This document shows, piece by piece, positions 43,123 through 52,505 of a stretch of 64,000 bases of DNA. The position numbers and the translations under genes are program-made. The stretch is from a virus. Taxonomy: Duplodnaviria > Caudoviricetes. A model generated the notes under the pieces. That model searched no databases and was not told where the DNA came from. It saw only the letters and a list, made by a program, of their open reading frames with translations. Location: IMG/VR virus record IMGVR_UViG_3300026549_000064, positions 21,016 through 85,015 of that record. One strand, given 5' to 3'. Each line of letters opens with the position of its first letter. The first letter of the stretch is position 1.

Positions 43123-44511
43123 TTATCTGATGTACTTGACAGCAAGCAGCATGATGTAAATGATGAAAGCTACACGTAAAGCTGATAACGTAGTTTCACG
43201 GCGTGATGCCTGTAACTCAAGTACAAGATTACCCACGGATGATTTGACAGTAATTATACCTGAATCAGAAACACGAGACGATGAGTATACATCTTTGGTT
43301 GTTTTTAACACAGCAACTGGCATCTTGATGTTAGTTCCTGTATTACGGCAGTAACGATAAGTTTGCTGAATAATTTGTTGAATGAGAACGTGCCCACCTA
43401 CGTACAATTCTTCATCGCCAATAACGCTTACTTTATCGTCATCTTTAGTCTTGGCTAGTTTGACACAGTATTCGGAAAACGCTAGCATCATCTGACGTAT
43501 CTGATCAGGACGTAATGCGGTAAATAACCCAGCTGTTAAGCGTATAGCTTTGTCATCCAGTAATCTTGATACAGACATAGTGTCCTGATATACTGAAGAA
43601 ATGGCTATATCTAGTCCGGATTCATTTACTAGCATAACCTTTGTACCATCTTCTTTATCTGTACCTGTGCTACCGTAGCTTCCGATGATATCTCCCGATT
43701 CTTTTATGCGCATGAACTCTTCAGTATAAAGATTTATCTGAGATCTCATACGAGACTGTAAGTCGGTGATAATGTAAAGGAAAGCTTTATCATCAGTTCC
43801 GGTCATTAGTGCTTTGTAGTGCACCGATTGAGGAGAAAGAAAGTCGGCAGCACGGGCATCTATGACAGCTTTCCACGTTCCATAACGTTTGATATCGAAT
43901 TTGTCAGATAGCGATTCAAACGTAGTACGCATAGCTTCTTCATTAGGTTTATACCTGAAACGATAATTAACTATAGAAGTAAAGAATCGATACTGTAGGA
44001 AACGTAAAACTGCTAACGATGCATCCTGCTTTAATTTATCAGGCAGATCACTGACAAGTATTAGATGGGTTACCCAGACACAAAGAATATTAAAAGGATC
44101 CGAAGCTATTTTGAAGTTAGGATCAATAGCCGGTATATCATTTATGATACGTTTCATCTCTATCTGAGAGAAACCAGCTACAGTTAAATCTTTAGAGAAT
44201 ACTGAAATATACGGTACCAAATTATCAATTAAGCTTTTAACAGCTATACCGAAAATGTTTTTACCGGAAATTTTACGTTGAATGATACCAGCGACTTCGT
44301 GATCACCAACATCAAACAGATCAAAAAATCCAGCACGATCAGCTTCTCTGAATATACAGGAATATATACCTAAATAGGGACTAGCGAAGGCATTGATGTT
44401 AGTTCCATAAGTTTCATAACTCAGCACGTAACGTATAATGTTTTTAGCTAAATCTGGTGTGATAGTAATATGTAGTCGTGCTGATAAGGTATCTTTAATA
44501 GTGTTAGCCAT
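43123..44511 (-). CDS. Virion structural protein (phiKZ gp26-like)
   Basis: Immediately follows terL, as in phiKZ; LSDKFDIKRYGTW motif. Confidence 0.6.
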   Translation of the reverse strand: MANTIKDTLSARLHITITPDLAKNIIRYVLSYETYGTNINAFASPYLGIYSCIFREADRAGFFDLFDVGDHEVAGIIQRKISGKNIFGIAVKSLIDNLVPYISVFSKDLTVAGFSQIEMKRIINDIPAIDPNFKIASDPFNILCVWVTHLILVSDLPDKLKQDASLAVLRFLQYRFFTSIVNYRFRYKPNEEAMRTTFESLSDKFDIKRYGTWKAVIDARAADFLSPQSVHYKALMTGTDDKAFLYIITDLQSRMRSQINLYTEEFMRIKESGDIIGSYGSTGTDKEDGTKVMLVNESGLDIAISSVYQDTMSVSRLLDDKAIRLTAGLFTALRPDQIRQMMLAFSEYCVKLAKTKDDDKVSVIGDEELYVGGHVLIQQIIQQTYRYCRNTGTNIKMPVAVLKTTKDVYSSSRVSDSGIITVKSSVGNLVLELQASRRETTLSALRVAFIIYIMLLAVKYIR

Positions 44512-44512
44512 T

Positions 44513-46006
44513 TCAGCTCCTTAAATATCTTCCAACGAATGTTCGTAATTTTGCTTCAGCAGTAGATGTAGTATTCATTTCATTTTCCTGATAGTTGATC
44601 TGAGTTATAGCTAATGGCTGTACTGCTATAACTTTATCATCTAGCATAGGCGTAAGTTCGTTAAGCTCACGTTCATAGGACTGTCTTAATGGTAGCACTG
44701 GGTTAGTAGCTAATTGCCCTTTAAGCTCATTGACTCTGCGTCGAATAGCTAGCTGAATATCTCTTGACCTTGCATCGATTTGGACACCGGTAGAAGAGAT
44801 ATTACTTAGCACTTCGCTGCTTTCTATACCGTAAAGATATAGATTCTTACCAAAGAAAATTAAATACACAGCTAGTAGATAAGAGATGACCTGGTCATCG
44901 TGTTTACCGTTACTGTGATCTATACGTCCACCGCGAGTTGTTAGGTTAACAAATTCTGTGACAAGTGTTCTATCGTATACTCTAGATGCTGTAATTTCCA
45001 GAGCTTTGAACATAACTTGTTTATACAGAAGATTACGAGAAGTACCAGAAGCTACACCACCAGTTCTGTAACCGAATACGCCACGAATGTTAGCTGGTAT
45101 TTCAGTGTAGTTATAAATGTTAATGTCTTTATATTTGTCTTCAGTACGGTTTTGAATCACATCGTTATAGATGCGAGCGAATGGATTGATACTACGTTTT
45201 TGTAGTTCTTCGATAACGAAATCAGTAATAGCTATACCGGTATTTTGCCGTTCAGGTATAAACACTATGCCAGTATATTTAAGTAAAAAGTTTACAATGA
45301 ATCTAGCTATAGCCATAGTGTTGCTGTTGTTACAGCGGAATGTAGCTACAACTGATAGATCTTTTACAGAAACAACTGTAAAAGTAGTAAAGTCTTTACC
45401 AATGTTTTCCGAACTATCTGAACCCATTACCATTTTAGCTGATAGTATTTCAGAAGAGTTGATTTTCTCTTTAGGGATATACCAGCGTATTATGAAATCG
45501 TCTACTATTTCGCAGTATTCTGGTTCACGTTTAGAAGCTATGAGTTTGTTACGAATTTCTTCTGGAAGAATAGCGTTATCTGAAGAAGTCTGCCAGATAT
45601 TAAGGAAATCACGATTGATATCATCTTGAGATGCACCTGAACGAGATGCATTTTCTCTGAACCATTCGTCAGTTTTACCAAGCTGACGATAGGAGAATTC
45701 TAGATAAAGCATAGGCGCAGTTCTACTAGATGATTTACGTATCGTAGAAATAAGCTCGTTTCTATCCTTGAGATCGTAAAGCGCTTCAGTGAAAGGAAGA
45801 GCTGATCTTAGGAGGTTAAGGGCATATGCACCTTGTTTGGTTTCAGGGTTACCTGCAGTTGTAGTAAAGATAATAGGAGAGGGTAGTCCAGCTTTACGAG
45901 CGTTTTGTGAAGCTGCCAACATAGCGTTGACAGCTGTGGGTACGACTATCCAGTTATAGTTCATGAATGCTATTTCGTCAAAGTGTACTACAGCCATTGT
46001 ACAACC
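44513..46006 (-). CDS. terL: Terminase large subunit, exon 2
   Basis: Walker B VVHFDE, TTTAG motif III, nuclease GSDSS and GRIDH..GKHDDQV motifs. Confidence 0.9.
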   Translation of the reverse strand, partial: GCTMAVVHFDEIAFMNYNWIVVPTAVNAMLAASQNARKAGLPSPIIFTTTAGNPETKQGAYALNLLRSALPFTEALYDLKDRNELISTIRKSSSRTAPMLYLEFSYRQLGKTDEWFRENASRSGASQDDINRDFLNIWQTSSDNAILPEEIRNKLIASKREPEYCEIVDDFIIRWYIPKEKINSSEILSAKMVMGSDSSENIGKDFTTFTVVSVKDLSVVATFRCNNSNTMAIARFIVNFLLKYTGIVFIPERQNTGIAITDFVIEELQKRSINPFARIYNDVIQNRTEDKYKDINIYNYTEIPANIRGVFGYRTGGVASGTSRNLLYKQVMFKALEITASRVYDRTLVTEFVNLTTRGGRIDHSNGKHDDQVISYLLAVYLIFFGKNLYLYGIESSEVLSNISSTGVQIDARSRDIQLAIRRRVNELKGQLATNPVLPLRQSYERELNELTPMLDDKVIAVQPLAITQINYQENEMNTTSTAEAKLRTFVGRYLRS

Positions 46007-46308
46007 CGAATATGTTGCGGTGTAATCGTTTCCATTACACCTCTCTATGTCGCCATAGAAGTTCAGACTATATCACCAGCTCGCAAGTTATAGGTGCGAG
46101 TTGCTCACCATTTCGAGCTCACTTGAGCTCTACGCTACTCATTCCCGTCGGAACCACTTTCCGACTTGTTTTCGCTAGTCGTTAGGCTTTCTATATCACG
46201 CATTTTGCGTAAATAGTTAGCACGGTAGGTTATCTCAGAGAGACTTTCCCCGTTTAAGTGAGTTTTATTGTACTAGATCACTCTAGTAGGACGCAGTTAT
46301 GGCAGTTT
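46007..46308 (-). mobile_element. Group I intron (IA2-like, 302 nt, no homing endonuclease) in terL
   Basis: P1 GGACGU/GCGUCC with U-G wobble, P10 AUAACU/GGUUGU, P7 GACUA/UAGUC, P7.1 and P7.2 hairpins, terminal G; splicing restores LGR-GCTMAVVHFDE. Confidence 0.93.
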
Positions 46309-46959
46309 ACGTCCCAGCTTGTAAGCACCCACCTCATCATTGGCGGATGTAAACGTTTTATACGAGTTGTGTAGAGCTGCGTAGAATAAACCTTCCTTAC
46401 GTTCACCGTCAGAAGTTGAACGCGTTATCATCCATTTGGGCAGACCATCACGAAGAGCTTTAAGACGTGCAACGTTATCTTGTACCAGCGCTGAGTCCTT
46501 AGTGAACATGCCGATATCGAGATAAGAGAATGCTACGTACATGGCGTGATCTATGATGCACTGCATACCGATAGTTTTACCAGTCTGACGTGGCTGTACC
46601 AAACCAATATCCACATCGTTCATGAACGCCCAGGTTAAAGCTAAATTGCCACGGTTAAGTTCGAAAGGAGTTCCATTTTCTTGTCCAATGACAGGAACAC
46701 GAACTACTTCTCTTAAGAAATACCAAATATTTATCTTGCATTCCTGAGAGATACGAAGCATTTGCTCAGTAGTTAAATTAGGAGATCTAGGATCTACTCC
46801 AAGTAAAGTGTGATCGTATAAACTCAGAAAAAAATAATAATTACGTATACCCATACGTTTAAGCACTAAGGCTATACGTAAGAACGATTGATTCTTAGTG
46901 TTATAATCTATGTAAGGGTGTTTCTCTGCTATATCTTTCATATAGAGTATAGTATTCAT
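46309..46959 (-). CDS. terL: Terminase large subunit, exon 1
   Basis: phiKZ-type N-terminus (TKNQSFLR...MGIRN, ECKINIWYFLREV) and Walker A QPRQTGKT; spliced product is 714 aa. Confidence 0.9.
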
Positions 46960-47084
46960 TTGTATACTCCTTAGACATTACGTTAACTATAGCATCCTTA
47001 GTAACCTAAAAATAAAAAAATAACTCACCCGAAGGTGAGCTATCTCTGGCCAGTGTTTAAGCCCGCTGGCAGGCTTGAGATTTT

Positions 47085-47201
47085 TTAGTCCTTATCGTCG
47101 GACTCAATCTCCTTATTTTCCTCCTGTGCCAGGGCAATCCCAAGCACTAAGAAGATTACAAAGATTACGAATCCGATGAAAGTTCTATCTTTATTAGACA
47201 T
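47085..47201 (-). CDS. Small membrane protein (38 aa, MSNKDRTFIGFVIFVIFLVLGIALAQEENKEIESDDKD; not in the ORF track)
   Basis: GAGG SD, single hydrophobic helix, own promoter and terminator. Confidence 0.65.
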   Translation of the reverse strand: MSNKDRTFIGFVIFVIFLVLGIALAQEENKEIESDDKD

Positions 47202-47247
47202 AATAAATACCTCAATAAAATAGGCCTGGCGTTATTGCCTAGCCTTT

Positions 47248-47276
47248 GTTCAGCTAGGTGATATATATATATGCTA
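47248..47276 (-). promoter_or_regulatory. Early promoter variant TAGGCCA-N12-TATATATCAC
   Basis: Recurrent motif. Confidence 0.55.
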
Positions 47277-47355
47277 AGTTGGCCTACACAAACAAAAAAG
47301 AAGATGCAGCTGTTAGGCCGCATCTTCCGCTGTTAATCAATCTACCGAGACCAGT

Positions 47356-47547
47356 TTAGTCCTCGTTATGAGGAAGCTGGTTTCTGTAATCGTTGACCTC
47401 ACGCATCCGCTCTATGGCGGAGGATACTGCGACGGCCGCAACCGCCACAACGACCAGAGCAATCCCCTTGACGAGGAAAGCTCCTAAATTAAATCCAGCA
47501 GCTGCTGGTGCAGTCTGCTGGGCATTGTTCTGATTATTCTCTTCCAT
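47356..47547 (-). CDS. Small membrane protein (63 aa, MEENNQNN...)
   Basis: AGGAG SD at the ATG 47547; the promoter lies inside the longer track ORF; one TM-like helix. Confidence 0.7.
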   Translation of the reverse strand: MEENNQNNAQQTAPAAAGFNLGAFLVKGIALVVVAVAAVAVSSAIERMREVNDYRNQLPHNED

Positions 47548-47598
47548 ATATAGTCTCCTATATCTAGAGGTTACAACTCCTGCAACCTCATCAATCTG

Positions 47599-47625
47599 GT
47601 AATATATAAATGTAAATACGACGAC
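47599..47625 (-). promoter_or_regulatory. Early promoter GTCGTCG-N10-TATATATTAC
   Basis: Exact phiKZ early consensus. Confidence 0.7.
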
Positions 47626-47705
47626 CTTTCTTAAACAGTACTGTATAAGTATAATACTCGAAGAAATTCTATGACCAACGTGCACTAATACAAAGGTAAC
47701 GCATT

Positions 47706-49082
47706 ATGACCAAAGAAACCGTATATGGGTTTGTGCTGGATAGTGCCTCCAGACTTAAATCTAAGTTGGATACTCCAACTAATGCCGATCAGGGCATAGG
47801 AATTCTGGTTGGCGAATCGGCTAACTACCTAATCAACAAAGTACGCCTTGTTGATAATAGATCTTCGAGATATGTATTCTCTGATAATAAATACATTAAC
47901 GGCCAGCTAGAAATAGTTTACGATAGTGATCGTGTAGCTTCTGCTTCGGTAGCTAATTTAACTAACAGTCAGCAGGCTGCAGTTTTCTCTATTCTCGAAT
48001 GCATCTATCTTCAGGATACCAAATCTCAGGAACAGATTGAAACTATTCTTAGTGCTGACAGTGCTTACACTGGATATGTGGCTGGTTCTTATTTTACCAG
48101 TACTGAGTATACCACTGCCAAATTAACTGTATCTGATGGATCGACTAAATCTTACAAATTCGCTAATTGGGTAGAGTTTGAATTTCTTACTGATGAAGTA
48201 GATTTGGTATTCCATCTTTGGATATCCAATCAGGCTTTCAGTAAGCAGTATCCTTATGTTACTATAACTTCTGTTATAGCTCCGTACGATCTAAATGTCT
48301 TAACTGATCCAGCTACACTTATTCAGCAAGGTGTGCTAAGTATTCTTCAAAATAGTCCTACTTATGTGTTCAGTAAGGCTAATATCGAAACTATGCTTAG
48401 AGATCAGAATGGTATCTATACTTTCAATACTACTTATTGCGTAGATACCAGAACTAGTGTAACTATTCCTTTCGCATTAGCTTATTGTGGAGCTAAAACG
48501 CCTAGTTCACTGGATTGCCGTGCTGCTATTCGAAACTATTTAGAGAGCAACACTACTTTATCTCCAGATGATCTTAAAATTCTATTTCCCGATGTCTATG
48601 TCAACTGCAGATTCTATATAGTCCCTCTGTATGATAAGTATATCTCTAGAGCAGGGAAAGACTATTATCCTAGTGTCTGGAATATAGGTAAGCTTCAGAG
48701 TGTAGCTACCAAGGTTTATAGCGATTATACTGACGAGTTTAGAACAAATTACTTAGAAGCATTAACCAATGCCCAAAGTAAAATGCTTCTTTTAGTATTG
48801 CCAGATCCTAATAATACAGATCTCTTTTCAGTGCGAGTAGCTCATCCTACCTATCAGGACTATAGTTCTCAGGAACCTGGTTTTAAGTATATGGATGGTA
48901 CTACTCAAGAGTTTTCTATTAAACTTAATGAGGCTATGGCTATAGTAAATGGAGTCGCTGCTACAGGTCGTTACCAGCAGACTGAATCCGGAGGCAATAC
49001 TTACTTGGTATTTGCTCAGGATACAGCTGAGTACCTGATCATGACCAGAGATTCCTATGAAAAGATAGTTAATAATACTTAA
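47706..49082 (+). CDS. Putative virion structural (tail/baseplate) protein (458 aa)
   Basis: First gene of a plus-strand three-gene operon typical of phiKZ-like structural blocks. Confidence 0.5.
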   Translation: MTKETVYGFVLDSASRLKSKLDTPTNADQGIGILVGESANYLINKVRLVDNRSSRYVFSDNKYINGQLEIVYDSDRVASASVANLTNSQQAAVFSILECIYLQDTKSQEQIETILSADSAYTGYVAGSYFTSTEYTTAKLTVSDGSTKSYKFANWVEFEFLTDEVDLVFHLWISNQAFSKQYPYVTITSVIAPYDLNVLTDPATLIQQGVLSILQNSPTYVFSKANIETMLRDQNGIYTFNTTYCVDTRTSVTIPFALAYCGAKTPSSLDCRAAIRNYLESNTTLSPDDLKILFPDVYVNCRFYIVPLYDKYISRAGKDYYPSVWNIGKLQSVATKVYSDYTDEFRTNYLEALTNAQSKMLLLVLPDPNNTDLFSVRVAHPTYQDYSSQEPGFKYMDGTTQEFSIKLNEAMAIVNGVAATGRYQQTESGGNTYLVFAQDTAEYLIMTRDSYEKIVNNT

Positions 49083-49097
49083 GAGGTAAAATTATAA

Positions 49098-49763
49098 ATG
49101 CCTAGCATAATTGTACCTAATCCTGGAGCTATATATAATTTTGTCTTTATCGATGGCTATGAAAAATTTAACGGTATTTACAAAGTAGCTAAGATAATGA
49201 CTTACTCTGAGTATATCTCCGATGGCGGTAACCTGATGGACAACTGGTTTACGCCTAATGAAAAGACACAAGCTGATATGGAAGAAGTTCTGGCTGAGGT
49301 CAGAGAAGCTAAAATGTTAAAGCTAGTGCAGCCTGGCTCTGATAGCGTCGAAGTAACAATGTTTGTTTCGATGTATTTTGTAGCTGAAACTCCAGACTTC
49401 AATGTTTCCAGGTATTATCAGTTCGGTATGATCTCTACCATCGGTCTAACTAAAGATCCTACGCTGCTCAACTTCATGAAACATACTTTTACTGAGATAG
49501 TAGAAGCTACATATGGAATTACTCCAGATATAAACTTTGTTACTATCAAAGAACAGTGGCTGACTGATGAGCAGTATAAGAACGTGTTAGCCGAAAGGGA
49601 TAAATCAAAACTTAAAGTTCTGAATTATTATTCAGAGAATCTTAGGCTGCAGAAACAGTTATCTCAGGCTAATACAGCTATTAAGGAATATGAGAAACTT
49701 ATAGCGAATTTGCAGTCTCAGGTATCTCAACTATCACAACAGTCGCAATCCAGTGGGGGTTAG
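49098..49763 (+). CDS. Hypothetical protein with a C-terminal coiled coil (221 aa)
   Basis: GAGG SD; heptad-rich C-terminus. Confidence 0.65.
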   Translation: MPSIIVPNPGAIYNFVFIDGYEKFNGIYKVAKIMTYSEYISDGGNLMDNWFTPNEKTQADMEEVLAEVREAKMLKLVQPGSDSVEVTMFVSMYFVAETPDFNVSRYYQFGMISTIGLTKDPTLLNFMKHTFTEIVEATYGITPDINFVTIKEQWLTDEQYKNVLAERDKSKLKVLNYYSENLRLQKQLSQANTAIKEYEKLIANLQSQVSQLSQQSQSSGG

Positions 49764-49766
49764 TAA

Positions 49767-51680
49767 ATGAGTAATTTAACTATGGACCTAACCGGTTCAT
49801 TATCTAACTACGCTGAAAGTAATAAAATTTATCGTATCTTTAAGTATGGACAGATAGTAGATTTCGATGCCACCGTTTTCGCAGATAGTATACATGTATA
49901 TGTTATCTCTGGCGGTGTATCCGATCAAGAGTTGGTGTATGATACTGATTATACGGTAACCGATGAGCTGGTAGCTACCTGTGACAATGATACGTCAGGA
50001 GCTAAGCTTATCGATCCCAGCTTCAATAAAACACTCTGTTCCGGTATAAAGATGCTGAAAGGTGTAACCGTTGGTACTACGTACACTATATCTGTATCGT
50101 ATCAGCGGTTATATCCCAATCAGATAAAAACAGCTTACTTTCACAACGAGCCGTTAAATGTTACACCTGAGTTAATGCTTGATGTAATTAAATCTATTGA
50201 GCAGCTCAAGATATTGAACAACGATGTTACTGACATTATGTCTGTAGATTCATCAGAGAGTATTCTTTTTGAATTAGATGAATCTTGTACTAATGATAAT
50301 AATATCGTAACTGATGAAGCACACGTTATTGATGTGCCGAACAAAAAATATGTTATCTATCCCAAAGGTGGCAGTTTCTATTATGACAGTGTAACAGTTA
50401 AGCATCCTGATTCTAATACTACATTAGTTTTAGGTACTGATTACTTCATTGCTGGCATGAGCGAAGCTAAAACCAAAGCCAGTTCGTATACATCTCCGGT
50501 ATATAACTTTATTCTGATAGCTGCACCTATTACCGGTACGGTAACTGTATCTTATCACGCTTATGGTGGTGATGTAACAGTTGACAACTATCGTGAGATG
50601 CTTAAGCAAACTTATAACGTCATCAATTATCTCAATGAGGCTAAGACAGTTACTGAGGATACTCTTGGCACTACTGAGGTTATGAGTTCTCTGTTTAGGC
50701 GTATCGAGACATTGGAGAGCAACATGAGAAGATTACAGGGAGTTCCTTCGTACGGAGATGTCAGTAATGGTAAATGTACTCGTATGAAGATTTACTCTGC
50801 TAAGAGTGGACTTCACTGGTACACTATTGCCAGTTTATATAACGTAGATGGCACGGGTACATCACCTTGTACAGCTGATACGTTTACATTTAGATTACAG
50901 ACTGATTTAAGTCATATTCAGTTTACTGCTGCTGTATCAGTAGATCTAAACAACAGTGAAAATGATAGAGTAAATATTAATGTAGTTTCAGAGAACTATC
51001 CTCGCGGATATGTTCCATTTGTAGATTACGGTAAAGTAGATTTAGCTATCCAGCCTCAACTTCGTGTAGTTTGGGATGAAGATGGCGATGCTACTGGAGC
51101 ATATCTTCAGTTAGGATTTGAGCTAAAGAACATGGTGGAAGAGACTCTTGCTATTGAGGATATCTCCGGTAATGAGAGCTGCTGGAAACTGGTAGATGAA
51201 GTTAAGACTGTAACTACTCCGCAGGATAGTGAATTCTTACTGCCTAATGGAACTTCTACCTGGAGTGATCTACTGGATGCTTCTAAGCAGGAATCGATGC
51301 TGGTACCGTTCCGTAAAGGGCATATTGCTTGGGCTGGTACTAAGGCACTCAACCGTCCGGTTGAAGGTTGGCAGTATTTTGAGATCAGCGATAACTTGCT
51401 GATAGATCAGAGCTGTAACATTAGAAAGTTTACTGGCATTAAACTGGATATTGAAGAAGTCAATGGTTTCCAATTCCCGGTTATTATTAGATTTAATCAG
51501 GGATCGGAAGTACTGAAAGGACACGCATCTTTCACGCATCAGGATAGGCCTGCTTATGTAAATGCTGAGGTTTATCGGGATAAGGATGATAAGATTGTAG
51601 TTAGACTGAACTACGATATCACTGCCGGTATTACTTCTAACGAACTTGATTTACGTGATGTAGTTATATTGTTAGATTAA
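49767..51680 (+). CDS. Putative baseplate/virion protein (phiKZ gp128-like N-terminus, 637 aa)
   Basis: MDLTGSLSNY, PKGGSFYYDS, LVLGTDY, SYHAYGG motifs. Confidence 0.5.
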   Translation: MSNLTMDLTGSLSNYAESNKIYRIFKYGQIVDFDATVFADSIHVYVISGGVSDQELVYDTDYTVTDELVATCDNDTSGAKLIDPSFNKTLCSGIKMLKGVTVGTTYTISVSYQRLYPNQIKTAYFHNEPLNVTPELMLDVIKSIEQLKILNNDVTDIMSVDSSESILFELDESCTNDNNIVTDEAHVIDVPNKKYVIYPKGGSFYYDSVTVKHPDSNTTLVLGTDYFIAGMSEAKTKASSYTSPVYNFILIAAPITGTVTVSYHAYGGDVTVDNYREMLKQTYNVINYLNEAKTVTEDTLGTTEVMSSLFRRIETLESNMRRLQGVPSYGDVSNGKCTRMKIYSAKSGLHWYTIASLYNVDGTGTSPCTADTFTFRLQTDLSHIQFTAAVSVDLNNSENDRVNINVVSENYPRGYVPFVDYGKVDLAIQPQLRVVWDEDGDATGAYLQLGFELKNMVEETLAIEDISGNESCWKLVDEVKTVTTPQDSEFLLPNGTSTWSDLLDASKQESMLVPFRKGHIAWAGTKALNRPVEGWQYFEISDNLLIDQSCNIRKFTGIKLDIEEVNGFQFPVIIRFNQGSEVLKGHASFTHQDRPAYVNAEVYRDKDDKIVVRLNYDITAGITSNELDLRDVVILLD

Positions 51681-51755
51681 ACAAAAAATAAAAAAAAGAA
51701 GGAGCAGCTTATGCAGCTGCCCCTTCCGGCATAACTTAGCTAATTCAATCTTGCT

Positions 51756-52283
51756 TTACTTCTTTGACGAAGAAGCGTGATTGAATTTGGCCTCATTATA
51801 AAGCTCGGCCGCTTTATGAGTAATATACTCATCAATCTTGCGGCTAAGTTTTCCGGTTATTCCCGAATATTTATCGGGATCGCTGGAATTATTTACAGCT
51901 CTCCGAAGGTCTTTTGCTTCGCTGATGGCGAGCTGATTATTGTCAACTGCCATTCGAAGCTTAGACTCCAGATATTCCTTGGCATCCCAGGAGTTATAGT
52001 CACTCCCGATCATGTCAAGCAGCAGACCTGAAAGGTCTGCATCGTCTACAGCCTCCTTAGCAGCGTCAAACGCTGCGTCAAACGCTAGGTCTATTGCGTC
52101 AGACTCAGAGACATAATCCTCCTCGTCAGACTTTTCGTCGTTCTCATCAGCCTCAGAGAAGCTGTCGCGCTTCCCCTTGACCGACTCGTCATCCTCCTTG
52201 AGGAGGTAGTGCCATCCGAAGATGGCGGTGATAGTGGTATAAACCACAATCACAAACCGAACAATCTTATCAAGCTTATTCAT
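51756..52283 (-). CDS. Early acidic protein with an N-terminal TM helix (175 aa)
   Basis: GGAGG SD before MNKLDK; hydrophobic IVRFVIVVYTTITAIFGW followed by an Asp/Glu-rich tract. Confidence 0.7.
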   Translation of the reverse strand: MNKLDKIVRFVIVVYTTITAIFGWHYLLKEDDESVKGKRDSFSEADENDEKSDEEDYVSESDAIDLAFDAAFDAAKEAVDDADLSGLLLDMIGSDYNSWDAKEYLESKLRMAVDNNQLAISEAKDLRRAVNNSSDPDKYSGITGKLSRKIDEYITHKAAELYNEAKFNHASSSKK

Positions 52284-52360
52284 AGAATCCTCCATAAATA
52301 TTAGAAACGAATATTTGCTTGACCCTTGGCATACTAAGTTTAATCCTAGCATCCACTCTA

Positions 52361-52387
52361 ATTATATATAACTGTATTTTTGATGAA
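52361..52387 (-). promoter_or_regulatory. Early promoter variant TTCATCA-N10-TATATATAAT
   Basis: Bipartite motif. Confidence 0.5.
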
Positions 52388-52505
52388 CTTTTTCATTTTA
52401 GAAAAAATAAAAAATAGTAGTCTAGGCTTATGCCTAGACTACTACCTATAGTAGACAGTGCCATCCTTTCGGGTGGCACTGCATTAGCTTTCTTAAGAAG
52501 ACTAA

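Noticed and set aside
43123-44511. Portal protein, because it follows terL
   Set aside because: In phiKZ-like phages the portal is a ~900-aa protein encoded elsewhere; this ORF fits the gp26-like virion protein
44513-46959. terL as a pseudogene or frameshifted gene
   Set aside because: The gap is a complete group I intron whose removal restores the frame
47356-47685. Long N-terminal extensions in the track for 47356..47685, 51756..52352, 2320..2796, 6165..7322 and 41931..42872
   Set aside because: The extensions cross promoters or upstream genes; internal starts are better supported by SD sequences (by conserved-motif position for dam)
199-52445. Perfect palindromes (e.g. 199, 4168, 12382, 18080, 24364, 42885, 52418) as MITEs or REP elements
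   Set aside because: They have unrelated sequences, lie at gene ends and are flanked by A/T runs, consistent with intrinsic and often bidirectional terminators
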